Source: Rhizodiscina lignyota (taxonomy: Eukaryota). Taken from it: DNA of 64,000 bases. The translations under genes were made by a program, and so were the position numbers. Below the pieces are notes generated by a model. That model had not been told where the DNA came from, made no database searches, and worked only from the letters and a program-made list of their open reading frames with translations. Location: contig ML978134.1 of NCBI GenBank assembly GCA_010015805.1, positions 558,001 to 622,000 on the forward strand. Direction: 5' to 3'. Of this stretch, positions 12,515 to 26,215 are shown piece after piece (the first letter of the stretch is position 1; each line of letters starts with the position of its first letter).

Positions 12515-14221
12515 ATGTCGGACTACGGCTACGACGACGCTCCACGCAGGCGGAGATCGACCCGCGTCCGCGACCGCGACCCAGAATATGTCACGGAGAC
12601 TACCTACATCCAGCGCGGACCTGGCCAGCCATCGCGAGACTTGGTATTCCGCGGCCGTGATGATGACGTCGAGGATATTGAGCGCGACTTTCCCCCGCCA
12701 GGCAGCAGACGCTCGACCTATCGCGATGACTATGCACCACCACGCCGAGCACGTTCGGTAGGCGGCCGTCGATATGACGATTACGATGACTACGACGAGT
12801 ATGCGCCTGCAGCCGCTGGTGCCGCTGGTGCAGCTGCTGGCTATGCTGCGGGTCGCGCCCGTCGTGGCAGTCGCTACGACGACGGCTACCACAGCGACGA
12901 CTATGAGAGACCCCCCCGCCGCGAGCGCCGCAAGTCAAAAGTCACCGAAGTTCTTGAAGATCTTGGTCTTGGCGGCGTGGCGGGCGCAATTACGGGCCGC
13001 TCTCGCAGCAGAGGTCGTGGAGATCACTATGATAGCGACTCTGACCGAAGCACGCGCAGCCGTCCTCGCGACAAGTCTCAGAACAACCGCAAGAAGTGGC
13101 AACAAGCAGCTACTGCCGCTCTCATCGCCGGCGCTACAGAAGCCTATCGCGCGCGCAAAGATCCTAATAAGGGCACTCGCATCGCCACAGCCGCCCTCGC
13201 GTCCGCAGGTCTCGACTCCTTCCTTGACCGAGAACCTGGCCATCACTCCAAGCGTCACGTCCTTGAATCCGTCGTCGGTGGTCTCGCAGCCAACCGTCTC
13301 GCCAATGGACCCCGCGACCGTTCCCAATCCCGAGGCCGTTCCGCGTCCCGCTCCCCTTCCCGAGGAGGACTCCGCTCACGCTCACGCTCGCTCTTCCGCT
13401 CTCTCTCCCGTGGTGGCCGCCGTGATGACTCCGGAGACCGAGGAGGATCCCGCTCGCGCTCGCGAGGCCGTGGCCTGAAGGACATCGCCGCGCTCGGCGG
13501 CGTGGCGGCGGTCGGTAAGGCCATCTACGACCGCGTGCGCAGCAAGAGCCGCGGCAGGAACAGGAGCCGCAGTGAAAGCGAGGATTCGTATGTGCCTAGT
13601 AGGCGCCAACAATACAAGGGGGCTGACAGAGGAGGACCAGACGACGATACTGAGCGGGGCCGCTCGCAGGCCGCGTCCTATCCCGAGGTAGAGCGCAAGA
13701 GGGGTGAGAGCAGCAGTAGTGTGAGCACGACCGATCTGGAGAATCAGCGCAAGAAAAGTCGAGGTAAGGAGTTGCTTACTGCCGGTTTCGCGACTGTTGC
13801 CACCATCCACGCGGCGCACGGCGTCTACTCGAGCATGAAGGCGTCCGATGAGCGGCACAAGGCCGTCGCAAAGGGCGAGATGACGAAAGAGCAAGCGAGA
13901 AAACAGAAGAGCAAAAACATGCTTCAGGACGCCGCCGCCGTGGGCATCGCTGCGCTGGGTATCAAGGGCGCCTTCTCCGAGTGGAAGGAGATGAACGAGC
14001 AGCGCCATGAGGTGAAGGAGCTCGAGGAGAAGCGCCGCAAGAAGAGGAAGAGGAGAGAAAACCAGCGCAAGGATCAGAGACAGAATCAGTATCCGCAAGG
14101 TCCGGGAATGTATGCTAATCCGTATGGCCCTTATCCAGCGCCGATGCCGGTGTATGGCGACGCGAATCCGTACAACGTGGGCAACTTACCACCGCCTCCC
14201 ATGGGTGCGCCGCAGTACTGA
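12515..14221 (+). CDS. Arg/Ser-rich fungal protein, DUF3824-like
   Basis: 568-aa ORF with RSRSRS tracts, QAATAALIAGATEAYRAR, TAGFATVATIHAAHGVYSSM and LQDAAAVGIAALGIKGAFSEWKEM, and a Pro/Tyr-rich C-terminus. Confidence 0.7.
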   Translation: MSDYGYDDAPRRRRSTRVRDRDPEYVTETTYIQRGPGQPSRDLVFRGRDDDVEDIERDFPPPGSRRSTYRDDYAPPRRARSVGGRRYDDYDDYDEYAPAAAGAAGAAAGYAAGRARRGSRYDDGYHSDDYERPPRRERRKSKVTEVLEDLGLGGVAGAITGRSRSRGRGDHYDSDSDRSTRSRPRDKSQNNRKKWQQAATAALIAGATEAYRARKDPNKGTRIATAALASAGLDSFLDREPGHHSKRHVLESVVGGLAANRLANGPRDRSQSRGRSASRSPSRGGLRSRSRSLFRSLSRGGRRDDSGDRGGSRSRSRGRGLKDIAALGGVAAVGKAIYDRVRSKSRGRNRSRSESEDSYVPSRRQQYKGADRGGPDDDTERGRSQAASYPEVERKRGESSSSVSTTDLENQRKKSRGKELLTAGFATVATIHAAHGVYSSMKASDERHKAVAKGEMTKEQARKQKSKNMLQDAAAVGIAALGIKGAFSEWKEMNEQRHEVKELEEKRRKKRKRRENQRKDQRQNQYPQGPGMYANPYGPYPAPMPVYGDANPYNVGNLPPPPMGAPQY

Positions 14222-14993
14222 ACCCATTTCTCTGAAGGCCGGTTAGCGTCATGGCGTTGATATGGTGCGTTTTGGGAAGAGTTGTGGTTTTTGAGAGTAG
14301 AGGGTGGTGGTTGACGATAGATTAGGGTTTCTCATGATGTTTTTCTTTTCCCCTCCTGACGATACACTCGTTGTCGATGACACACAATTCCATCTTCTAC
14401 ACCTCTCCTTTGATTTTCGGAAAGGCACACTTGATCATGCACACACGGTTATGGAAACATCACGATGGAGGTTACTGGCTTTTTCAAGCGTAATGAGATG
14501 TTGATGCATTGCGAAATGGGAACAGGGCACGGTGGAACTCTTACGGTCAATGGTCAATGGACAAATGGTTATGGATCACGGTCTCACGAAACTGCGATGA
14601 TACCTACAAACTCTGTTCTGAAAAAATTCCCTTCGCCTATGGCGCCGACCATAGATGGGCTATTCTGGGTCTTCTACACTTCTTTCCAATGGGGGTCCCA
14701 TTTTGTTTTTCCCTTTCTAGGCTACAAGATTGTTTTTTTCTCACGAGGTTATGACTTTTACGGCCACGAAGCAGAATCGCAACAAAAAATTAATATGATT
14801 TAACCAACTACAAGTACAAGAGTGCGCCTTGAAGCTACCGGTGATGCTGTATACGTGATGCTGCGCTAGCTATGCTATGCTCTGATAATTCGAAACGCCG
14901 CCAATAGCACACAGGAAAACGCCGCCGCCAACATAGGAGAAGTTCTACAAAGTCACGTCTAACCAACACAATTGCCGTCTCCAACCTCTCCAC

Positions 14994-17833
14994 TCACGCC
15001 TTCAATCTCCTCTCCTCGCACCTCACACAATACGGATCCTGGCCCCTATCCCCCTGTCTCAAGAAGTACCTCCCGTCGCGAAAGCCACCGCCACACTCGG
15101 CACACACAAAGCAGCCCTCATGCCACTCCGCGCCTAAGGCCTTGACGACAGTGTCGACGACCGGCTTCCTGCACTTGCGGCACTTGGTCGAGAAGCGGTT
15201 CGTATGGCAGCCGACGCACCACGCGTACCCGTCCTTCTCGACGAACGGCGTGCGCGAGTCGAAGGGGTCGCCGCACTGCGCGCAGAAGAAGTGGCCGGCG
15301 TGGAAGGTGCCGCCGCACGCGAGCACCACCTCGCCCTCGATCGGCGTCTTGCAGCTGCGGCAGCGCGGCGAGAAGAACTCGTGGAAGTCGAGGTGGCAGT
15401 AGAAGCGCAGCGACTCGTCGTACCCGTCCTGCTCCTCGAGCTTGTGGTCTTCCTCGGCGCTGCTGCCGTCGGACGCTCTGACGCTCTGGCCGGCGCTGCG
15501 GGCGCGCATCCGGGCGATGCGTTCAGCGCGCGCGGCGTCCGGCTCGGGGTAGAACGCCACGCACTCGAGCGCCTCCGCGCAGTGGTGGCAGCGGAAGCAC
15601 TCTGGGTGGAAGCGCGCGCCCGCGGCGGAGACGATGCGGCCGGCGATGGGGAGGGCGCAGGATGTGCAGAGGGCGGTGGCGCGCGAGGAGATTGGGGCGG
15701 CGGGGGACCAGTGGGGTTTGCTCTGGGTGTGCTGGGTGAGGGAGGAGCGGGCCGCGGAGGACTTTTTGGTTGGTATGGGGAGGGGGCGGGTCGGTGGCGG
15801 CGTCGGTGGTGCGGACGCTGGGTCGTTGATGGCGATTGTGGGGATTGGTGAGGGTGCGGAGTTGATGGATATGCTGGGCGCTGGTGGAGCCGAGTCGATC
15901 GCGATCGTAGGGACTGGAGGAGTGTCGTTGACAGCGATTGTTGGAACCGGTGGAGTGTCGTTTATAGCGATGACTGGAACTGGAGGAGAATTGCTGACAG
16001 CGATGGTAGGAATGGGAGGAGGATTGCTGTTGACCGAGATGGCAGGAATTGGTGGCTGGTTGACCCGAATCTCTGGCACTGTTGGAGAATCTGGAAGTGT
16101 GATGGTAGGGACTGTAGAAGTAGAATTGAGCTCGATGGACGGTTTAGACCTTCTGCGTGGGACAGTCGCTAAGCGGAGGGACGTTGATGGCTTTGTAGGA
16201 ATAGGAGGAGTAGAAACGGCCTGCATATTGGCAGGTTTGGTGGGTGGTACTGCTGGTCTAGCAGACTGGCTCGATCCACTCGTTGACTGGAAGTTGATCA
16301 ATGGTTTTGGTGGGACTGAAGGCGTTGCAGTCGGCGTTGCTTTCTTCTCGATTTTCAGCGGTGCTGGTGGTTCAGGCTCCTTGGAGATTTCTTCCTTCAG
16401 CTCAATCTGCTTCGGCTCCTTGAAGCTGACAATCGGCCTGCCTGGAGTGTCGCTAACAAGAACCGGAGTCGGCAGCTTTGCGCTCCTGTCTTTCATCCTC
16501 ATGCTTGTTGCAGCCCGAATATCATCGCCTCTGACCTCTTTTCCATCCTTCATTTTGATCTCCTCCTCCTCTGGTGGATCGAGCTTCGGAGTTGGGTTGA
16601 AAGGGGGGATCAGGTCATTAGACGTGTACAGCGGGTTGCGTGATTGGCTTGGCGGGTTCTTTTGAATCTCAATCTTGTCGAACCTGTTGATCTCCAGTGG
16701 TGGAGAAGCAGGGTTTCTGGTGGCATTTGAGTTGGCCCTGGCGAATTGCACTCTTGCAAATGGGTTGCGCCTGGATGGGAGGGGAGAAGTCTTGACTGGT
16801 GCTGGGTCCATGGCCTTCTTGTTGGGTGAAATTGGCTCTGGCTCTTCATATATCTTGTCGTTTGGATCAGTGAAGATGCCTTTCACACTGGTTCCGCTAA
16901 CTTTGCGTTTTGTCGATCCACTGCTCCTACGTCGCGAAGAGTTGAAAATAGACTCTGCCAATCGAATCTTTGCATTCTGCTCCGCAGGTTCTCTGGAAAT
17001 ATTTCCACCAGTCTCCTGCTCTTGTGGGGCTGACGCGTTCACCTTCGACGTCAGCGATGAATTGCTGGGTTCACGACTGTTTGGTTGTGAAGCACTGCCA
17101 CTGCTGCTGCCTGACGCCGATCGGGCCGAGCCAAAGTCGCGTATCTTCGCACAATCTATATCTTCCGCACCTCCAAGACTGTGACTTCGATTGTAGCTCC
17201 CTTTGCGCAGATGGTCACGGTACCGATATGGCATGTCTGGGTTCTGATGTTTCCAGACAAGCTCCGACGCTTCATCCTGTGCTGCGTTGTGGATTCGAGT
17301 ATCGTCTGCCAAGTCCATATCCTCCAGTGCGCGTCTCAGCGAGTGAGCTTCCTGCCTCTCCATCCATCGCATGCCGTTCTCCATGTATTGAGCGTTGGGC
17401 GGACTGTCGGTGCTGGTCGTGGTAGGAGCGGGTGAGACGGAGCGGATGGGTGCTTGGGCGAGAGGACGACCTAGACGCGGAGAAGACATTGACTCAGGCG
17501 TAGCAGATTGCGTTCGGCGATGTGATAGCGAGCTGCCGCTTCGTTGAAGGAGCTCGTGTGTAGGAGGGGCATTTTGATCAATGGATAGCCGCTCAGGACT
17601 TGGAGTCGCGACTGCCGGGACGGTTCTTCGTGAGGTTGGAAGAGGACGAGCTCCAACAGGCCGTGGGGACTTGTATGAACGAAGGTCTTGAAGGTACGAT
17701 GCTGCTACGCATTAATAGGATGGAATGGGTTTCCAAAGCTGACATAGGACGACGACTGACCAACTTGGTCCGTAGACATGTAGCTTGGACCGCTTATCGA
17801 AGCGCGGTCCTTGCTCTTCGAGCGGTGCAACAT
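14994..17833 (-). CDS. LIM-domain (paxillin-like) protein
   Basis: Exon 1 MLHRSKSKDRASISGPSYMSTDQV starts at 17833. An intron (gtcagt at 17760) joins it in frame to ASYLQDLRS... and the 831-aa ORF. Three C-terminal LIM zinc fingers (CTSC..HPECFRC..C; CRSC..HAGHFFC..C; CRKC..HEGCFVC..C). Confidence 0.88.
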
Positions 17834-18867
17834 GGTGAGTGAAGGAATGCAAAAACACTCAAATAATTCGCTGGAATGCTAGACACTGTGAAAGAATGTG
17901 AAGAAGTGGACAGTCTCGAGAGCTCATGAAAGGTACCCGTTCATGTTGCGACAATTGTAAACGCGGGTACCCCGTTGGCCCAGTAACGTCCGAAAATATG
18001 AAGCACTTTCGTGCGACAGAGCAGGGAACCCCTTGAAATGCTTACTAGACACACAGGAAAGAGAGTAAGTGAAAGTCAGCATATACGCAACGACATGTCA
18101 ATGTTCAAGAGGGCATAAGAGGGTGAAGAGCGTCGTTCACGCCGTTTGCGCGCTGGTGGTTTCGCCAGTTGTGACAAGGAACGCCATAGCGCACGAGCTT
18201 CCAGAAGTCCGGGGTGCCCTCCGCCAATTGGGTGTCGAGAAGGCCGTCCATCTTATCACAGCTATCACTGCCTCGGTCTCAAATTTATTGGATCGTCTGC
18301 GCTATAAAGAGTAGGAGCCATTTCCGCTATAGCATTTGAAATTCGGAATGATTACCAGTTGCGTTTCGAGGCGGTGGGGGAGCTGATCAGCTTTATCTGC
18401 AACCAAGCATGGTACTAGAGAAGACTATCTCCATCTTCATTCTCCTGCTCTCTTCACCTTCCGCGGTAGCACATTCTGGAGAACGAGTCGAATATGGTGT
18501 AGGAATGCATCACAACTACTCCGTCGTCCGCACCGAACGGTGACTGTATCTGTACGCCAATGCTTGAGGTCGGCGACTCGCAACTTATTTCCCCATTATT
18601 TCCATCTCCGAGTGCTGGACCCGGCGCAGATGCGGGAGTGACGGCACCATCTCCACACTCTAAACGAAGTGGATCTGAATTTTCATTACGAACTCTTGCC
18701 AAAAGGGCACCGGAAAAAGCGAGACAACTCCAGCATTAATCCGAGCCCTTAAAGGCTCACCCCATTCGCATCTTATGGCGAATGTACAACCTCCCAGCCC
18801 TTTCAGTTTACCCCGGATTTGGTACCACGAAGCGACGTCATTGGTGCGCTAAATTTCCAAAACTCCT

Positions 18868-20417
18868 ATGAACGCCATTAGTCCAAGTCACTCTTTAGAG
18901 GTCTCTCATGAAACCGAAGATACCTCACGCAATAAGGAGCTTTTTGAGAAGGAGGGTCATGGGGGAGAACATGAGACAGATGAAGAGCCAGAGCCAGAGC
19001 CAGAGCCACAGGTCATAGTCGTGGACAATCCGCCAAATGGAGGATACGGTTGGGTTTGTGTTGCCGCATCAGCTATGATCAATGGCCACACATGGGGCCT
19101 GAACAGCGTATGCTCGTCTTCACTCTTTCGTGAGAGAAGATTCTGATATTTGAACAGTCATACAGCGTATTTCTCGCCCACTACCTGGCCACCAATACCT
19201 TTCCCGGTGCTTCTCGGCTAGATTTTGCCTTCATCGGCGGCCTGTCAATCGGTACTGCTATGGTCGTCTCCCCCGTGGCAACGGCCTCTGTTCGACGCTT
19301 TGGTACTAATATGACACTCCTCATCGGCGTCTTCTTCGAATCAGGCTCCTTCATTGGAGCCTCCTTCACCAAGAGCATCTGGCAGCTCTTCCTCTCGCAA
19401 GGCCTTTGCTTCGGTCTGGGAATGGGCTTTCTCTTCGTCGCCTCAGTAGGCGTGGCCCCACAGTGGTTCACTACCCGCCGCTCTCTCGCTGGTGCAACAG
19501 CCGCCGCTGGAAGTGGTCTTGGCGGCCTCATATACAGTCTTGCAGCGAATGCCATGATCCAGTCCATCGGCCTGCCCTGGGCATTCCGTGTCTTGGGCAT
19601 AATCTGTTTCGTCGTCAACACCATCAGCTCGCTCCTTATGCGCGACCGTAACAAGCTCGTCAAGCCCAATCAGCTCTCTTTCGACTACCGCTTGTTTCGC
19701 AACCTGGATTTCATACTCCTTTCTGCCTGGGGCATCTTCAGCATGCTCGGCTACATCGTGCTCATCTTCTCTCTTGCAAACTATGCTCGCACTGTGGGAT
19801 TGACAGCGAAACAAGGCAGCGTCATCTCTGCACTTCTAAACTTGGGCCAGATGATTGGTCGCCCTCCGATCGGATACTTTAGCGACGCCATGGGGAGGCT
19901 AAATATGGCTACCATTATGACGTTCTTATGCGGCATCTTTGCTCTTGTCATTTGGATATTTGCCAAGTCCTACGGCGTCCTCATCTTCTTCGCGTTAATC
20001 GGTGGTACTGTTGCTGGGACCTTCTGGGCCACCATCGGACCCGTGGCAGCAGAGGTGTTCGGTCTTAAAGAACTACCGAGCGTGCTGAATCTGACGTGGC
20101 TCATCATCACGCTGCCAACAACATTCTCCGAACCGATTGCGTTGGAAATTGTGAGCTTCAACGGCGGAAGCTACCTTGGCGCGCAGATATTCACAGGATT
20201 CATGTACATTGGAGCTGCTGCATCACTTTGGGCGCTAAGAGCTAGGAAACTGGGAGCACTGGAGCGTGTTGCTGCCCAAGAGCACAGGTCCGCTCAGGAT
20301 ATCAATCCAGTGACGGAAGGAACGGAGATAATTGATGAGGTCCAGAACGCGTCGGAAAAGCAAGAGTTGGATATCTCGCCGTACTTCTCGCGGCTTGTCA
20401 AGTGGCGCAGAGTATGA
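18868..20417 (+). CDS. MFS transporter, monocarboxylate porter (Mch)-like
   Basis: PPNGGYGWVCV motif; intron 19108-19157; QWFTTRRSLAG; GYFSDAMGRLN; many hydrophobic helices. Confidence 0.88.
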
Positions 20418-21675
20418 GGATGCGTTATTTGGTTTTGAAGGAATGTAGGCTACATGAAATGCAAGCTCACATTCGCCAAAAGAAGTGTCTGACACCATGA
20501 CATCAATGGGAGATAATTGCACCACTTGGAAGATGGAAACAAGCGCCCTGTGTGACCTCCCCAAGAGCGAAGACTCCCGTCTGCGATCCATTTGATGCCT
20601 GCACAACGTTTGCATGCAGTCATCGATGCGTTGAGCGAACATCCAGCGCTCGTCACCGCAACAACAAGTCCAACAGATCTGGTGCTGCACATCGCTCCTT
20701 GGATCGACTTTATGGAGTGCTTTGACAACGCGGCCACTCCAGGATGATTTCAGCAGATGGAATCAGCCTACGATAGTAACAAGTCTACTATCGTTGATAC
20801 ATTGTTAGCATCATGGACTTGCAAGATGCGTTGGGTTTCGTCAATGCGCTCGTCATGGGGAATCAGAGTTTAAGTGTCTTCATCCTCCCACGCATCTTAT
20901 GGCGTATTGACTCGTACATGCGTCGGCCATAACTGCGAAGCTGAATTGCTGATTCATCGAGACGCCATACGATAGGGTCGGAATATTGTCGAAGAGCAAG
21001 TTGGTCGATGGGAGTCATGACGACGTGGACAGCAGCTTAATAGTTCGTTGTGAGTTGGAGAATTGGATTATTTGCTTTGCCAGTGACTCGTACTACTTAT
21101 CAGCAGCCAGAATTAAGATAAGCCTGCTAAATTGAACACTGGAGGATGTGACAGATGCACCTTCAACGAAATCTGCAGACTGCCTCGCTGTTCTTGAATC
21201 AGGCAGCATTGAGTGATCCGGACCGAGGACCTGCTTCTATACCCGTTTCCGACAGTTAAAGGACCCAAAAAGCTGCGGATGGGTGGCTCCGCCGGTGAGA
21301 ATATGATTCCTGACGCACCTGGAGAGAATGAAGCGCACGTGCAATGCATCCGAGGCCCCAGTGGCGTCGATCGACGATAACAGAGCGCATCAACCGGTCC
21401 TAGCGCGCGGAAGGGAACCGGTGCGGCGGGCCGGGCCACCAAAGCCGCTTCCCCGAAGGGTCCATGCGCACCAGCCAAAGGGAAGTGGAAGTTGAATGTA
21501 CAAACTGTGCCTCTTCACCTGCTCGAGCTTGCTCCGTACATGGCGACCAACTTCCCGGTACCTCGCTTATTATCCATTGTTCCTATTTCCCCTCGCGCAT
21601 ATCTACCATGTCGCTCCCCACTCATCTTGCTCTGTCTGTACCACTTTCCTCCATAATCAATCTCTCTGCTTCACC

Positions 21676-23472
21676 ATGGGCGCCGATGGCAAGCTCGAAT
21701 CCGGTATCTTGGTGCAGGACCTGCCGGTGGGGTATAGAGATGATGTGCCGTGGGAGACTGGCAAGTACGGAACAGAGGCCGACAGGCGGGACATGAGGCG
21801 AATAAACAAGAGACAAGAGCTGAGGGTATGTTTTATACCAGGATTCCCTCTTCACATCTACACCGGAGTAGTGTTAATGGATGCTAGCGAACCTTCCGCT
21901 TCTTCGCCATCTTCGGTTATGCGGTGATCCTTGGGAATACTTGGGAGTTTGCACTCGTGTATGGACCCACGGTAGCATCTGCGCTCATTCCGCAATGATC
22001 TCGTCTCATGAAATCGCAGCACCGGCATCTTCTCCATTACCAACGGCGGCACGGCCGGCGCGATCTGGATGTTTGTCGTGACCTGTTTTGGCATGTTCTT
22101 CGTCATGCTGTCAATGGCTGAAATGGCCTCGATGTGAGCTTCACGCCTTCCCTCCTCTTGCATTCCATCGCTGACTTGCCTAGCGCTCCTACCGCCGGCG
22201 GCCAATTCCACTGGGTTTCCGAATTTGCTCCCTCGCGCCACCAAAAACTCCTGAGCTTCTGCGTCGGTAAGTAGCATTGGCTTTGGACCAGAGCTGATAT
22301 TGACCCATATAGGCTGGCTCTGCGTCTTGGGATGGCAATCCGCAATGGCGGTTGGGGGCATTATCGTGGCAGAACACATTCAAGCCTTAATGGTTCTAAG
22401 TGACCCCTCTTATGTGATCAAGGGCTGGCAAGAGGCTCTGTTCTCTATCGCTGCCGTCATCATCTGCATTCTTTTCAACATCTTCCTTGTCCGAAAGCTT
22501 CCGCTTTTCCAAGGCATCATTTTCACCCTCCACATTTTCGGATTTTTCGCCATCGTCATCGTCCTCTGGGTGCTGGGACCTCGTTCTAATGCAAAGGACG
22601 TATTCACGACATTTTCCGACAATGGCTGGGGTAGCGATGGGGTATCATGCCTGGTCGGCCTACTCTCTCCAGTCATCACCCTAATTGGCGCCGATTCCTC
22701 CTGTCATCTCTCCGAAGAGGTCAATAACGCGTCGTGGGTCCTCCCAAGGGCAATGGTCGCCACAGCTTGCGCCAACTACTTCCTCGGCCTCTTTATGACT
22801 ATCACCTTTATGTTCTTCCTTGGTGATATTAACACAGCGCTCAGTTCACCCACCGGCATGCCGTATGTCGAGGTCCTTCATAATGCTACTCAATCAAAAG
22901 GTGCCACTATTACATTAACCTCCCTCCTCATGGTCTTACTCCTAGCCTGCTCGGTCAACCAAGTCACTACTTCCTCCCGCCAACTCTTTGCCTTCGCTCG
23001 CGACGGTGGACTACCGTTCCATAAATGGCTCTCGTACGTCCGGCCAGGCTGGGACATTCCTATCAACGCCCTCAGCGTTACACTACTCGTCTCTGCTGCC
23101 CTGTCGTTACTTTGTATCGCTTCTCCTATCGCTTTTAACATCATTTCCTCGATTAGCGAAACTGGCCTCTTAACCTCGTACATAATCGCAATTGGCTGTA
23201 TCCTCGCGAAGCGCATGAGGGGGGAGCCATTTCCGCCGTCGCAGTTCTCACTTGGGAACTGGGGATATGTGGTTAACATCATTGCCATGTGCTTCTTGTG
23301 CATCGCAAACGTATTCATGTTCTTCCCGGCGGCCCCGAATCCGACTGCGGAGACGATGAACTGGAACATTGTCGTTTACGGGAGCACGGTCATCTTCATG
23401 CTGATATACTATGCTTTCCGAGCGAGGCATGTCTACGAAGGACCGGTGACGCAAATCATAAAGGATGAATAG
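21676..23472 (+). CDS. APC-superfamily amino acid permease (GABA/choline transporter type)
   Basis: Spliced N-terminus with NGGTAGAIW, SMAEMAS and APTAGGQFHWVSEFAP; then GWLCVLGWQ, HLSEEV and SSRQLFAFARDGGLPF. About 4 introns in the 5' part. Confidence 0.9.
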
Positions 23473-24622
23473 CGAATTAGAGTCAGCGAATCCACGGGCG
23501 CACGTTGAAAAAGTAGAAAACTTCCATCAGTGTAATAGCCTTTTCACACTCACCTTTATCCTTTAACGTGAACGCAAGGTTATTCATGCTAGTTAGTGTG
23601 TCTGGATGCCCCGCCCCGAGCACTCTCTTTCGAGTGTCCATCACTTGCACCTCCAGCTCTTCCCCCTCATTCCATCGGCCTTGCTTCCAGAACGCGGCTC
23701 TACTGTGGAACTCGCTTTCCTCTCATTTGCGACCAGTAAGCGGATGAAGTGTTGTCAAGATATCCTGCATCTAGGCCAGGCAACTTGAGACGTCATATGT
23801 ATACCTAATTACGCTCTATCCAAGCAGCGTCGTGTTCCGCTCGAACTGTGGTGTATTTGCACGGCTGAAGTCACCATTAACTGCGTGCATCGTTCAGGAT
23901 TGCGCGATACATAGGAACCGCTGTTGGCGATCTAGTATACTTCTGATGGCAAAAACGACAGTGTTCGTGTTGTCAAAATGGCTCTTAGGAACGATACATA
24001 CAATGGATTTGCCAGAATCGACACGATCCTCTCAAGAGTGGAAGAGGTTGACCACGTTACACTACGTTGGTTGGAGACTTCAGGAGAAGGCATCAAATGG
24101 AGACTAGGCCCGAAGTGGATATCGTCAGTTTTTAGGCTTTCCCCTTTTCAGATTCGTGGATATCTTCTCGGGCCGGCTTACAGTCAATAGGAGGCTAGGG
24201 TGCCGCAATTCCACCATCAAAGATGCACCAGGCACTGCCAATCCTAGTCTCCAAGAGGCTCTTTGACGCCATTTTGCCGCTTGTTACGCGATTGTTTGCT
24301 GATGACTCTAGCGGTACCACTTTAGGAAAGGAGCATTCCGACCGCCTCAACGACTTCGAGCTCTTCGAGGATCGTCCGCGAAAAGTGTCCTGATGCAATT
24401 TCTGATTTCGCAACCTCTACCAAATTGAGAATCGTTTTGTCATCACTCCCGTTGTTCAATTGAGTCAATCGGAGAGTAAATGCATCGTGGTCTTCTTGGC
24501 TTTATGAGGATAAAATTCTGTTAAGCCTGAGGGCTGGATTTCCAACTCAAAGATCAAAGGCATCTCCAGCTATATCCTCTTGCTTTTGATGGATCGAATC
24601 CTGAAATTGTTCGTATACAAAC

Positions 24623-26215
24623 ATGTCTTCTACCTGTGTCCTTGAGCTTGAGGACTTCTCTGCTCAATCGGAGCAAATGACCGGCAAACCGCAACACCCA
24701 CCAAGGGTGAAAACAGCGTCGAGAGAGCCTAGCATTGTCTCGATTGCATCAAAGCAGAATCTAGACGGCACTCTGCCATCTCCGACGACAGCAGTAGTCC
24801 AACAGCAGCAGAGATGGAATCATCCGCGCATCAACGTATACAGAACATTGTCGACATTTTGGTGCTTCGTCGTTCTGGGAGCAAATGACGCTGCATTAGG
24901 TGTATGTGAGACCTTCTCACTGTTCGAACCAGTGCTGATAATCTTTTTTTTTTCCAGGCTCTAATACCCTACGTATGATCCCCCTACCTTGATTGCATAT
25001 GATTCCCTTCTCTCACAGACAATTCAGTTAGAGGAGTACTATAATCTTTCATATACCGTGGTCTCGCTTGTCTTTCTTTCCCCATTTGTGGGCTACGCGG
25101 CCTCGGCTCTCCTGAACAACTATGTCCATCACAACTTTGGACAGCGAGGAGTCGGAATCATCGGCCCCTCTGCTCACATGCTAGCGTACATAATCTCCTC
25201 AATTCATCCACCCTTCCCCGTCCTCGTCGTCATCTACATCCTCGCAGGGTTCGGCAACGGCATCTCCGATGCTGCATGGAATGCTTGGATCAGTGATATG
25301 GCGAACGCGAACGAAGTAATGGGATTCTTACATGGGTTTTACGGGTTGGGCGCGACAATCAGCCCATTGATCGCGACAACCATGATCACGAAGGGTCATC
25401 TGCCATGGTACAATTACTACTATCTCATGGTGCGCTTCATCATTCCCTCTTTATCTTTTTCATCGTATTATAAAGCGAGGACAACTTTGAAATGCCTGCA
25501 TTCTCACCCCTTCTAGATCGGATTCTCCTTCATCGAACTCGTCTTCTCCTCAGGAGCCTTCTGGACTGCAACCGGCCCCGTCTACCGCGCCTCCCATGTG
25601 CGAACCACCGACGTAAAGGGTAACCGTATGAAGGAAGCGCTCTTTATGAAGCCGTCCGCTCGCATTACATGGCTCACGACAGCCTTCCTTATCGGCTACA
25701 TGGGTATTGAGGTCGGCCTCGGCGGTTGGATTACCACCTTTATGAGAGAAATCCGGCACTCCTCCCCTTTCGCTTCCGGCATGACGGCCACGGGCTTCTG
25801 GCTCGGGATGACTGTCGGTCGTGTTGTGTTGGGCTTCGTGACGCCGCGGATTGGCGAGAAAAGAGCGATTATCATCTACATCCCGCTCGCGATGGCGCTG
25901 GAACTGTGCTTCTGGCTTATTCCGCAGAAGATTGTATCAGCTGTGACAGTGGCGATTGTGGGATTCCTGCTCGGTCCACTCTTCCCAGCCGCGATAGTCG
26001 CGGTGAGCAGGTTGCTGCCGAAACATTTGCATGTCAGTGCAATCGGCTTTGCCGCCGCGGCTGGAGGAGGTGGTGCAGCGCTTTTCCCGTTCGCCGTCGG
26101 CGCGATTGCCCAGGCAAAGGGTGTTGGCGTCTTGCAACCGATTGTCCTGGCGCTGTTAGTGGTGATTCTGTTGCTGTGGCTTTGCCTCCCGCGGATGGGA
26201 GAGAAGGAGGAGTAG
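24623..26215 (+). CDS. MFS transporter (Bsc6/fucose permease-like)
   Basis: WNHPRIN, GANDAALG, GFLHGFYGLGATISP, YMGIEVGLGGW and GFWLGMTVGR motifs; several introns. Confidence 0.85.

Noticed and set aside
15634..16665. 343-aa plus-strand ORF and other long antisense ORFs (e.g. 12059-12892, 13382-14098)
   Set aside because: They are shadows of real GC-rich or repetitive genes on the opposite strand and show no independent motifs.
17932..17971. 8-bp inverted repeat ggtacccg...cgggtacc upstream of the LIM gene
   Set aside because: Too short to distinguish from chance; no element structure.
18984..19007. GAGCCA hexamer repeat
   Set aside because: It simply encodes an EPEPEP low-complexity tract in the MFS N-terminus.
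23832..24413. Short ORFs between the permease and the MFS gene
   Set aside because: No motifs; treated as intergenic.
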